64,000 nucleotides of DNA, from the NCBI RefSeq assembly GCF_009914755.1, contig NC_060929.1. One strand, written 5' to 3'. Numbering within the stretch: the stretch's first letter is position 1; every line of letters starts with the position of its first letter. The notes under the pieces were generated by a model. It had not been told where the DNA came from. It was given only the letters and a program-made list of their open reading frames with translations, and searched no databases. Below, piece after piece: positions 43,312-57,100 of the stretch. The stretch comes from the human T2T-CHM13v2.0 reference genome, Homo sapiens. The translations under genes and the position numbers were made by a program.

Positions 43312-44779
43312 TGATTTTTTAGCCATTTTTTTTAAAAATTGTGCATATACATTCCTAATTTTAGGAATTAGGAATAATAGGAACTAAAAGCCAAAAGGAG
43401 AAACTACATTTATAAACTCACACATTACAGCAAAAAGTATTTTTAAATAAAATCACTTGTTAAAGGTTATAAATTGCCAATTTATATTCACTAGGTAAGC
43501 TTTTATTTTCAAAAGGAACAAAGGCCTCTTCCCCATTTGAGCCCCAGTTTCTTAAACTGACCTGATTATGTGGCTAAGGTATTATTGTGAGGTATTGATG
43601 TTTTCTCCTGTTTTTCCTTCCCCTTCCTCCCCACCCCTTTTCCCCCTTTCCAGAGTTTTGTTCTGTGGCATTGCCTTGGGTAAGTACACGGCAGGGCAAA
43701 TAGCAGAGTGACGGCAAATCTTTCAGATTTTCACTTTTTCAAAGTAAGAGAGACCGAACTGGGGCCATGAGAACAGAGACATCCAACTACTGTGTAATTC
43801 ATAAGAGTTTAGAAATGACTCCTTGTGCACCCTTTTTCAGGCCCTTTTACTAATGGACTTTTCTCACTTGTGATGATCTGGGAGAGTGAGAGTGAGGAGA
43901 GTCTAAGAAGAGTTCAGGCTAATTATTTTCCCACTAATCTGGCATAGGAGAGGCTCACAGAGATTAAATTCATTATGGTAAATACAAAGAGTAATACTGC
44001 TTTACACTCGGGTCTGTAGACTGAGATTCACACTCACCACAATTATTCCTGTTAACAGTCTGCCACATACCTTTCATTTTAAGCAACTGAAAAATTGTAC
44101 CAACTTTTCTCTTTAAATTTGCTTTAAAAGCAAATTCAGAAAATTGGTAGAGGGTCAAGAAATTACACAGTCCAACTCCATTATTTGATAAATTGTATAA
44201 AAAGCAAACTAAGGCAAGAATCAACTGACTTCCAAAGTTCACGAAGAGAGCACTCTGGAAGTTGATAAACCACCAAACCATATAAATTCCACCACCTCTT
44301 TATCTGTAATTAAAAATCAAAGGTTGACTTTTTTTTTTTTAACTACTCACTGTATTTTTAGAAAGATGGGGCAGAACCACTGTAGAACTCCTAAACCCCA
44401 CAGAACAAACAGTACATTCTGGAATGATACGCCGGCCAATCCGGCTGGCAGCCGATTGACCTGACCCAGGCGAGGGTTGCTGCACCGAGTATTTAGTTTG
44501 GCCCCCTACTGAATGAAGACACTTTGTTAAATTCTCCAATGAGAGACGCTTAGAGGTAGGGGCGTGGAAGGGGGCCGGGGAATTTGAGGCCAGATAACGG
44601 GAAGTGTGAGCCGATTGGCCGGACTTCTCACTCCACGGCCCAGCCGTTTACGGATCGCGGAGGCCATCCATCAAAAGAATTACACCAATCAGCGGCGAAA
44701 ATGCCCCCTTCTCGCGAGAAAGCCCCGCCCTCCAATATATTCCTCGTTAGGGCAGGCGCGGCCCCTTCGGCTCCGAGCT

Positions 44780-44972
44780 GACCCTGATCAGGGCCGAGTT
44801 GTCTCGGCGGCGCTGCCGAGGCCTCCACCCAGGACAGTCCCCCTCCCCGGGCCTCTCTCCTCTTGCCTACGAGTCCCCTCTCCTCGTAGGCCTCTCGGAT
44901 CTGATATCGTGGGGTGAGGTGAGCAGGCCCGGGGAGGGTGGTTACCGCTGAGGAGCTGCAGTCTCTGTCAAG
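44780..44972 (+). other. CCNG1: CCNG1 exon 1 (5'UTR, start approximate)
   Basis: Strong donor AAG|GTGAGT at 44972/44973 within the CpG island. The TSS cannot be determined from sequence. Confidence 0.75.
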
Positions 44973-45093
44973 GTGAGTGGGACTGCGCGGGAGTTGACCG
45001 CCAGGTGCGGGTGGGGAGCTGGGTTGGGGGCGCGGGGCGAGGAGTAGGTCTGGCCCGCGCCCTTTTCCACACTAAACTCTACCGCTGTTGTGA

Positions 45094-45113
45094 GCACAAG
45101 CCCAGGCTAGTCC
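45094..45113 (+). promoter_or_regulatory. p53 response element in CCNG1 intron 1
   Basis: GCACAAGCCC AGGCTAGTCC: two abutting RRRCWWGYYY half-sites with one mismatch. CCNG1 is an established p53 target. Confidence 0.9.
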
Positions 45114-45914
45114 GAGGCTGGAGGGGCGGAGCCGGATCCGGCCTCCTGAGGTGCCTTTCGTGTCTGCCGACCCAGTCCCAGGGACTAGCCTGGGGAGGAA
45201 GAATGGAACCCCTGCAGTTAGAGGTTCCTCACATGACTAGCTCTGAAGACCTCCTGCCTTCCTGTCTTTAGTTGGTGTGGGAGGGACCTTCCATGTATCC
45301 AGGGCTTAGCTTGTGCCCGGGACATGGTTGTGTTATGCACACTTAAATCAATGGAATTCCCAGGTTCATCTTTCAGACTAGGTTAGCAACAACCCACCGC
45401 ACCCCCCCGCCCCAATACGTGCTCCTAATGTCACCTTTTAAGTTTCCTTTCCTAACAACAATAAAAGTTAAGTAATATTGAGTATTGTGTGCCAAGCACT
45501 GTGCTATACTCTTTAAGTGGTGAATCATCTTGTTCAGTCTTCACATTCAGCGACAGATATTGTTACCCTCATTTTATAAATCTAGAAAGAAGCTCAAGCT
45601 CATTATTATTGTTCAGTGTTTTTTAAGCGTCTACTGTATGTGCTAAGCTCTTTACGTGATTTCATTTTAACTCACAAATCTGTGAGGTAGGTCATAAACC
45701 TTATCCCTACTTTATCAATGTGGAACTAAGTACAATTAAGTAACTTGAACAGTTCATTTTGTTAATATGTGGCAGAATACTTAACTACCATCTGCTTTTC
45801 ACTTTCGGTATCCTGTCTTACGGTGTTTATTCGTGGTTATCTATTGACAGTGAATAACTTGAACAAGTATTTCTTGAAGATTTGCATTTTATTTTTCTAA
45901 AAAGCATGGTTCCG

Positions 45915-46233
<319 letters not shown>

Positions 46234-46424
46234 TCAATTTAGGATGTGACCAACTTGTAGAAGGGAAATAAATAACAGATGGCACTTTGCAATGACTTAG
46301 ATGCACTAGCCGCATTGGGGGATGGGAGGCTTATAAATCATTTCTTGGCCCAGTGCAAAGATGGCCAAGGAAAGCAGGAAGGACTACTCTTACACTCCTT
46401 GCTGGTCTTTTTTTCTATATATAG

Positions 46425-46688
46425 ATGATAGAGGTACTGACAACAACTGACTCTCAGAAACTGCTACACCAGCTGAATGCCCTGTTGGAACAGGAGTCTA
46501 GATGTCAGCCAAAGGTCTGTGGTTTGAGACTAATTGAGTCTGCACACGATAATGGCCTCAGAATGACTGCAAGACTAAGGGACTTTGAAGTAAAAGATCT
46601 TCTTAGTCTAACTCAGTTCTTTGGCTTTGACACAGAGACATTTTCTCTAGCTGTGAATTTACTGGACAGATTCCTGTCTAAAATGAAG
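46425..46688 (+). CDS. CCNG1: Cyclin G1 coding exon (exon 2; aa 1-88)
   Basis: ag|ATG acceptor. MIEVLTTTDSQKLLHQL...ETFSLAVNLLDRFLSKMK cyclin box. Donor AAG|gtatgt. 264 nt. Confidence 0.98.
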
Positions 46689-48245
46689 GTATGTTTGAAG
46701 CTACATTTTTGTAATTTTGCTCAGTGTGTTTTGGAGATGGAATTGTTACCTTTTGGCTGGTATTCATAAACTTGACCTTTTTTTTTTCAGCACGTAGCCA
46801 AAACATTAATTTTGTCTACTACAGCATTAATATTTCTTATCATAATCAAGAGTAGTACATCAGGTATTAGACTTAAATTCTGAAATGAAAAATAGTCTAA
46901 TATCAAGTAACAAATTGCAGTTTCCTAGTAAGAAAATTGGCTGTTTTTAAAAAACCCTTCTTGATAGGTTGGATTTGTCCATTTATTTACTATTTTTAGA
47001 TATAAACAAATTTATTAGTGGCAGAAATTTATTAGAGGCTACATTGTGGCTAAGAATTAAGATATATTTGTTAATCACTACCCATATATAAAATTGTAAA
47101 TGTTTTAGCCTTAGACCTAGTCAAGACTTGCTTATGCTTGGCATTTCCAGCTTCAGTGTACATGCAGTAGGGAGGAGAGTGTGTCTGAAGGAGGAGCAAC
47201 TATTTTCCTATACTAGATAAACAAGACTGTCACTTTCAGAGCTTAACTGTTACAAATGCATCTGCCTTTCCTGTACACCCATGGTCACTGGAGGAAAATA
47301 AGATGATGTGACAATTGGAAGGAAACTCATATTTTAGTCCTCGGTATCTAACACAGCGCATCATAAAAAAGGACTTCAATATTTGTTGAAGATTCAAGAA
47401 ATTTGCTTCAACAGACTAATTAAGCTCTTTAGACATTTCACATGTAGTCATTACCTTTGAATCTGTAAATGTTGCACAAATGAATAATATACAGCTATTC
47501 CTCAGGTATAATTCAGTCTTATGTGAGAATAAGATCGTTGCTCTTATGTACAAGTCATAATAAGAAAAATAACTACATTATGCCTTTAAAGAGGCATAAG
47601 TGTACTGCTGAAGAGTTTACAAGAAGAGAGAGAGCACAGAGATATTAATACTGGTAAAAGCTTAGTTTCATGTGAGCTGGAAGTAAACTGGATAAAGTTT
47701 TGACTGTGTCTCATACGGCAGACATTCAGAAAATTAAATGATAAAGATTAGTAGTGGATAGAACTCTTAGAGGCAGAGTAAACAGTATATGCCATAGTAT
47801 TTTAAAACTGTTTTATATGTGTTCCCACAAAGACAAGAGCCTGGAAAAAATACAACATCCTGCAAAGAAATGGCTTATTTTGTAAATAAGCCATAAAGTA
47901 TTTCAGTCCTCATATATCTTTGACTAGTTAACTTATTTGATCAAACTAGAACAATGTTTACTTATAGTTCTACAGTGATTAATAAAAACACACTTTTTCT
48001 ATGCTGAGCCAAACATTATACTGAAACTCAGTCCAGTTACTCAAAAATTGGTTCTAAGTGGGGTCCATAGTGTTGACAGGCTATAGTTTAGGTATGAGTG
48101 GATTGTGTTAAGTCCATCACAGCTGAGAAATAAACCTCAAATATACATTTTCAAAATGTTGGGTCGGAGTTCTAGATTATCCTTTATGTTTTAATTGAAA
48201 TAAGGTAGAGTCATGGGCTTACTGGTTTTGTTTTTGATTTTTTAG

Positions 48246-48499
48246 GTACAGCCCAAGCACCTTGGGTGTGTTGGACTGAGCTGCTTTTATTTGGCTGTAA
48301 AATCAATAGAAGAGGAAAGGAATGTCCCATTGGCAACTGACTTGATCCGAATAAGTCAATATAGGTTTACGGTTTCAGACTTGATGAGAATGGAAAAGAT
48401 TGTATTGGAGAAGGTGTGTTGGAAAGTCAAAGCTACTACTGCCTTTCAATTTCTGCAACTGTATTATTCACTCCTTCAAGAGAACTTGCCACTTGAAAG
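48246..48499 (+). CDS. CCNG1: Cyclin G1 exon 3
   Basis: ttttag|GTA acceptor. VQPKHLGCVGLSCFYLAVK...ENLPLE. Donor AG|gtaagt. 254 nt. Confidence 0.98.
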
Positions 48500-49053
48500 G
48501 TAAGTGACCTTTGTTTTGAACAAGAGACATTTGGAAATCAGAATGGTATTGTATGGATATTGCATAAAATCAGTATCCTCATAGAATTCTAATAAAAATA
48601 AGTAAAATGACAGCTGTGGCTCCTTGAACTTTAATGTCCATCATAAGTGAGAAAATGTTCCATTGTCAATAGCTTCGTTAAAGCTAATTCTTGGGATTAA
48701 AGTACATTTTGACTTTATAGAACCTAGTAGGAAAGCATCTAACACAAATTTATGGAAAAAAAGGACCTTCAGTGGATGTTGAAATATTTATTAAAACTAA
48801 AAGAAAATAAATCTTGTATTTGTGGCATAGTACTATTCATTTTAATTTTTTGGCCCAAATCATCTAAAACTCCCATATGGTGCCTTTAGAAGTTAGTATC
48901 TCTGATGGAAGGGGAATTCCTTTCAATAGTTCATTTGCTATGTTAAGTGTGCATAAGCTTTACTTTAAAAATTGACTTCAATGTTTTTCTAAAAACATCT
49001 TTTGACTAGATGTAGTATTACCTAATAAAAGTAATACCATTTTCTTTTTAAAG

Positions 49054-49132
49054 GAGAAATAGCATTAATTTTGAAAGACTAGAAGCTCAACTGAAGGCAT
49101 GTCATTGCAGGATCATATTTTCTAAAGCAAAG
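49054..49132 (+). CDS. CCNG1: Cyclin G1 exon 4
   Basis: aaag|G acceptor. RNSINFERLEAQLKACHCRIIFSKAK. Donor AAG|gtaaat. 79 nt, restores the frame. Confidence 0.97.
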
Positions 49133-49212
49133 GTAAATATTTTATAAAGATTATGCCTATTGATATGATCTGTTTTTATATTTGGCATTTACTTTAAATT
49201 TATCTCTTTTAG

Positions 49213-49311
49213 CCTTCTGTGTTGGCATTGTCTATCATTGCATTAGAGATCCAAGCACAGAAGTGTGTAGAGTTAACAGAAGGAATAGAATGTCTTCAGA
49301 AACATTCCAAG
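49213..49311 (+). CDS. CCNG1: Cyclin G1 exon 5
   Basis: ttttag|CCT acceptor. PSVLALSIIALEIQAQKCVELTEGIECLQKHSK. Donor AAG|gtatgt. 99 nt. Confidence 0.97.
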
Positions 49312-49541
49312 GTATGTGAAGGACATAGCCTAAATCCTATTAACAGCTGTAAAAGAAACTAAACCCCTTCTATCTCCTGAAGTAAAATGAGATGTCATAT
49401 GTTTATTTGAAACTTAAGTAGCTATCCTCAAATGTTTTTAATGAGCAAAGACACATGTTCATAGGATTGCATTTATTAATGTAGTTAAATAAGGTGGGAC
49501 TTACTTGGAGTAATAATTTTTTAAAATTTATGTATGTACAG

Positions 49542-49733
49542 ATAAATGGCAGAGATCTGACCTTCTGGCAAGAGCTTGTATCCAAATGTTTAACTGAATA
49601 TTCATCAAATAAGTGTTCCAAACCAAATGTTCAGAAGTTGAAATGGATTGTTTCTGGGCGTACTGCACGGCAATTGAAGCATAGCTACTACAGAATAACT
49701 CACCTTCCAACAATTCCTGAAATGGTCCCTTAA
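49542..49733 (+). CDS. CCNG1: Cyclin G1 exon 6 (last coding; exon extends to 49736)
   Basis: acag|ATA acceptor. INGRDLTFWQ...LPTIPEMVP* with TAA at 49731-49733. Summed CDS 888 nt = 295 aa. Donor CTG|gtaaat after 49736. Confidence 0.98.
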   Translation: MNGRDLTFWQELVSKCLTEYSSNKCSKPNVQKLKWIVSGRTARQLKHSYYRITHLPTIPEMVP

Positions 49734-50195
49734 CTGGTAAATTTGGTCCGTTATTATTCTCCAGATAGAGAACATTTTCCAATGCCATAATTTTCAACTA
49801 AAGAAGAGTAATTATCTTCAAAATAAACAAAATGGAGTTGGAATAGTAAAGGGGGAGATGACATCACTGATCTAGTCAGCTAATATTTGAAGGCCTTTAC
49901 TATATACAAGGTACAACATCTTAGGAGTAAGGAATTATCCAACCTCTGATACATACGTTAGCCATTTCATTAAATTTTCAGCTTAGAGAACAGCATCCTC
50001 CTTGTAGCACTAAAATCATGCTTTTTTTTAATTGCACATGATCTTGCTGTATGTATCTGACTGATTTAAAATTACATAAGCTGAGCAGGACAACAGCACC
50101 AAAAGTCTGAACCAAGTATGAACTAATTTGAGACTGTTAGCTTATAAGCAAAATCAATATGAACTTGGATATTGTACTTAAAAGAAAAAAAAGTA

Positions 50196-50574
<379 letters not shown>

Positions 50575-50841
50575 CTATCATTGCTATAGCAGCTGGACTA
50601 CTGCAAAGTAGTTATATGCATAAAAAATGTAAACTTGCTTTCTGCATATGTGATATACATTCTTGCCATATAAATTTCCTAACTCAGTGATGATTTATTC
50701 TACTCAAAACTAAATGTTAACATTTAATACATCTACATGTGATTATGAATATTAGATATGAACATTTCAATTTTCTTAGTAGTATTTAGGCAGACTGGCT
50801 TCTGTTAAGTTGGATTTTGTTTGTTTTCTTTATTTAAATAG

Positions 50842-52185
50842 GATTATTACAGCACCAAAAAACTTCTCTGAAGCCTTTCTCCACAACCTTGTTCTATGGA
50901 TTCCATAATGTTACAATGGATTTAAGCTATGAAGCCTCAAAACATCACGAGATAAGCATGATGGTCTCAGACTTGGGAAAACTGCCTAATATTATGCTGT
51001 AGTGGAATTATGTTTAGATTTGAATTCATCTGTGAAGCATTCAAATCAAAGCTAAAAGCCTAAATGTGAAATGCTAATGACAAGCCTGAGAAGGTAAACT
51101 GTGAATCTTCATTTCTATCATTGATCTAACTTTAGATATTGGATCAATATATTTAGGTGGTATTGAAAATGCTATTGGAGGAGTCACACTAATACTATCA
51201 ACTATCAGTCTTCCCACAGCTTCAATCACTGTCATTATTCTAATCCTACTCCTACTTAAATTTTAAGTTATGAGGTTTATGTCAAAAGCAACATTTCACA
51301 AATGTACTTTTAAGGCATAATAAGGGTTAACATTCTAGGCAGTATAAACACACCCCATAATGCAAGTAATAGGTAATCTAGAGATGTGGACTTTATTGCT
51401 ATATGGGAATTACATTTAAATTTGAGGGCATTTTATATAAAGAAAAATACAGACCTATAAAGTTTGGCATATTCATTAAGTTATCTTTTAATATTTTTTT
51501 CTAGAAAACAGGTGACATTTGTATCTACGATAAAAATTTTTATACAGAACCTACTGCCTCAAACTGAATCCCATCAAGAAAACTAGTTTCTATTGTATTA
51601 GTAACTCAAAATAAATTATCACTTCGAAAACTTGCTTTCCCACACTAAGGTAAGTTCAGACTAGATTGAACACTCCAGAATTTTTTACTACAGACTGTTT
51701 TTAAGTTAGAAGTGATGGCAATTTTATAAATAGAGAATATACTTCCACTGATGCCCTTACTGTGCCAAAACAAAAATCTTAAGAAAAGCAAGTAGACACC
51801 TTCATAACTATGAATGAAGCTGCTGAAGTAGTGTTTAGGATCCTCCATGGCAGTTAGTGAATGTAAGAAGTACAGTGTTAAAGTGTTGTAAACAGTTACT
51901 CAGTGCAATGTATAGCCTGAGTCTATCCATGATGGCTATATCCAATTTGACATCACGTTATGGATCAGTACACAATGAAAAACCAAAGAACCACAGTATA
52001 TCTTATTCTTAACTTTTGTAAACCATGTTTTATGGGTAACTTTTTAGTTTTCCCAAAAGGCTGATAAATTTCAATATTTTGAATACATCATTGTTAATTT
52101 TGAGTTGGCAGAGGTAAACTAACCAACTACCATTATGTTTTAGTACTAAGGGATATACCTTTCAATAAAGTTAATGAAATTCAAT
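50842..52185 (+). other. CCNG1: CCNG1 exon 7 (3'UTR only)
   Basis: T-rich tract then atag|GATT acceptor. Repeat-free AU-rich sequence with miRNA seed matches. Ends after AATAAA. Confidence 0.88.
52164..52169 (+). terminator. CCNG1: CCNG1 polyadenylation signal
   Basis: AATAAA followed ~20-35 nt later by GT/T-rich tttgctgggtggctttttt. Confidence 0.85.
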
Positions 52186-52247
52186 CCTTTGCTGGGTGGC
52201 TTTTTTCTCCTCTGATTTAATTAACTCTTTTAGCAATGTGTTAACAG

Positions 52248-52933
<686 letters not shown>

Positions 52934-53907
52934 TCTAATGTTTTTTTAATAGACATAGAATGATGACAAATAATTGTTTAATGTGTATTAAAAGTTGGTG
53001 TTTATGCATTATTAATCCCTTTTATCACTTAGATTCATCACTGCTATGGATGCTATCCTTAATATATATTTACTTTTAGTTTCAGCCCACTTGAAGTTTT
53101 GTGCCAGCCTTCTTACCTAATTAAACAACACTTCAGCAGCGTGGTTGCTAATGCCAGGTAACCACCATGTGTTATGTTAGCCTGCTTGGATCAATTGTAA
53201 TTATTACTGGAATTGAATTAATTAATATGATTTTGAACAGTTCATGTTCAAACTAACATCCTGTAAAGTAGACACTGCAAGGAGTTACTGATGAAAGAAA
53301 AGTTGTTCATAAAAGAAGCCTCCTTTTATAATTGACTTGCCTTAGACTTATTTAATAATGTTTCATAGTATTTTTTAAAAAGTATCTGAACCTTGTACAT
53401 ATTTACAATTATGAGACATCCTATCTAAAAATTTATATTTTCGATTTAACATTTGTGGCTGGCAGTGATAATTTTTACTCTCTGGTACTATGAATCATCT
53501 CATTAAAATCCTCTCAACTGAATGACATTATCCCAATTTGCAAATGAAAGAGAGACAGAGAACCTAATGATTTGCCCCTGGTCTATACCTGGTACTTGGA
53601 GGTAGGATTCAAAGCCAGGCAGTTCTGACTCCAGAGGCTGTGCTCTTAACCACTCTATACATTACCTCTCAAAATAAAAGATTAATTGGACTCAAGTGAA
53701 ATTGCTTGTATAATTTTTAATCAAAACTATATGCTGGCCACATTAACTTCTGTGCTGTCATCATGATCATAGAATAATAACAACACTCAATTTATTTCTC
53801 TATACTAATAACTTTGATAAAATGTTATTATTTATTAAATCTATTTTTCAGAAACCAAAAAACAGTAAACATGAGTCAAGATGAATTAAAAGATAAGCCA
53901 ATTTTTA

Positions 53908-54198
<291 letters not shown>

Positions 54199-54199
54199 A

Positions 54200-57100
54200 G
54201 CCATTTTTATATTCATCAAAGTAGAGTTAGGAACAACCAAAATTGCCAAGGATAATTAGGGACATTATATAATGATAAAATTCACCAAGACAGTGCTAAA
54301 AGTGTAAGCACTTATTATCAGATCTTAAAAATACATGAAGAGACCAGGTACAGAGACTCATTCATTCCTGTAATTCCAATGCTTTGGGAAGCCAAGGTGG
54401 GAGGATTGCTTGAGGCCAAGAGTTCAAGACCAGCCTACTCAACATAGGGAGACCCTATCTCTACAAAAAATCAAAAATTAGCTAGGCATAGTGATATACA
54501 TCTGTAGTCCTAGGTACTGAGGAGCCTGAGGTGGGAAGACTGTCTGAGCCCAGGAGTTTGAGGCTGCAGTGAAGCATGACAGAGTTGCTATGCTCCAGCC
54601 TGAGTGACAGGGTAAGACTCAAAAAAAAAAAAAAAAACATGAAGCAAAAAGTGGTAGCATTAAAAGGAGGACTGGACAAATCTTCATTTACAGTTGGAAA
54701 CTTAAACATTCCTCTCTCAGTAGTCCATAGAATTAATAGAAAATTAGCAAAGATGTAGGAAAATGGAATAATACTAATAACCAGCTAGATTTAATTGACA
54801 TAAAACCCTTCTACCTAAAACAGCAGAATAAGCATTCTTTTCAAGTACACATGGAACACTCACCAAGATAAACCACATCATGGGTCTTAAACCTTAACAA
54901 ATTTAAAAGAGATGAAATCATATAAAATATGTTTTTTGACCATAATCTAGAAATCAGTAACAGCAAGAAAATCTCCAAACACTTGGAAATTAAACAACAC
55001 ATTTCTAAATAACTCATGATACTACAGGGAAGTCTTAAAAAATATTTTAAAATAAATGAAAATATCACCGTGCTTGGAATGCAGCCATGCTGGTGCTGCA
55101 ATTTATAACAATCGACTGCTTTTTACTAAACAAGAAAAAGTTCTCAAATTAACACTCTAAGCTCCCACTTTAAGAAAGTAGGAAAATCTAACTGGGTGTG
55201 GTGGCACACCACTATAGTCCCAGCCACTCAGAAGGCTGAGGTAGGAGGATCATGACCCCACGAGTTTGAGGCTGCAGTGAGCTATGATCATAACACTACT
55301 CCAGTCTGGGTGATGAAGTGAGACCTGTCTACAAAAAAAAGAAGCCCAAACTAAACCTAAAGCAAGCAGAAAGAAGAAAAAAAAAAAAGAGGCAGAAAAT
55401 AAATGCAATTGTAAACAAATTAATAGAAAACAATCAAAAAACTAATTTTTGAAAAGAGCAGTAAAATTGATAAACCTCTGGCAAAATTGACAAAAAAAGA
55501 GAAGGAATTCCAATCTTTGATTCCAATCTTAGGAATCAAAGAAAAGATAACAGTATAGATCCTCATTAGAACGACACAAAGAAAATACCATGAACAACTC
55601 TATGCACATAGGATTAGATGAACCAATTCCTTGAAAGGCATACAGTACCCAAACTTAAATAAACCTCAATAAATTCTCTATTTTTAAAAATTGAACCATT
55701 GTTTAAAACCTTACTAGCAAATTCATAAAACATTTAAAGATATAACAAATTCTACAAATCTCTTCCAGAAAGAATAATCACTTTGCAATTCATTTTACAA
55801 GACCAGAATTAACATGATACCATACCAAGATAAAGATAACACAAGGAAAAAACAAACAAAAACAATTGCACAATATCCAAAATGAACACAGACATAAAAA
55901 TCCTCAAAAAATAAAAATCTAGATACATAAGCTGAATAATGTACCATGACCAAGTTTGGGGTTGGGAGGAAATATAAGCTGTTTCAAAATTCTGGAATCA
56001 GTAAAATCCATGATTTTAACAGTCTAAACAAAAAGAATGACCAAACTGATACAGAAAGAGCATAGAAAATTCAGCATCCACTCATGAAACTCTGCTAACA
56101 ACAAATTAATAGATGGGAACTTGCTCAACATGACAAAGGGAATTTAAGAAAAGCCTACAGCTTGCATACATAATGGTCAAAAACAATGCTTTCAAAATCC
56201 TAAGATCCAGAACAAGACTGAGATGGCCACTTTCTCCATGTTATTGTTCTGGCCACTGCAATCAGGCAAGAAAAATCATAGACTAAAAAGAATAAAATAA
56301 AACTGTTCCTATTCGTAGTTTATGTAGAAAACTTAATGAGTTAACAACAAAATCAGGCAAGAAAAATCATAGACTAAAAAGAATAAAATAAAACTGTTTC
56401 TATTCGTAGTTTATGTAGAAAACTTAATGAGTTAACAACAAAATAACTCCCAAAACTAATGAAGTTTAGCAAGGTCACAGGATACAAGGTCAACAAACAA
56501 AAATCAAACACATTTGTACATACTAGCGATGTGCAATTGGAAACCCATGTTTCAAAAATAATACAACTTAACAATAGTTCCTCCAAAATGAACACTGTGG
56601 AATATATGCTGAAAAATGACATAAAATGCTGATAACTGAAATGAAAGAGGTCCTAAATAGATACCTCATGTTCATGGATTGGAAGACACAAAATTGCATT
56701 CAAAACCCCAGTAGGATTTTTTGTAGATACAGAGTAGCTAATTCTAAAATTCATATGGAAGGCAAAGAAACTAAATTAGCCAAAACAATTTTGAAAAAGA
56801 TTTCAAAAAAATTTTGAAGGAATCATGCTGCCCAGTTTTAAGACTTACTATAAAGCTGTGATAATCAAGGCAATCTGGTATTTATGAAAGGATAAACACA
56901 TAGATCGATGGAATAAAGTCCAAAACCAGACTCACATAAATAGCAATTGATTTCTGACAAAGGTGAAAAGACAACTCAATGGGGAATGGAGAGTTTTTCA
57001 ACAGACGATTTTAAAACAACTGAACATCCATATGCAAAAAAATAAACCTACCTAAATTTCACAGCTTATACAAAAATTAACCTAAAATGGATCACGGATC

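Larger units (their letters stand above)
44425..45200 (+). promoter_or_regulatory. CCNG1: CCNG1 CpG-island, TATA-less promoter
   Basis: CpG-rich. CCAAT boxes at 44436, 44536, 44614 (reverse), 44685 and 44732. GC box 44723-44730. Palindrome TCTCGCGAGA 44710-44719. Confidence 0.9.

Noticed and set aside
46689-46769. ORF-track extension of CCNG1 exon 2 (VCLKLHF...), and the similar N-terminal extension at 49494-49541
   Set aside because: Intronic read-through beyond consensus splice sites. The spliced frame gives the 295-aa protein.
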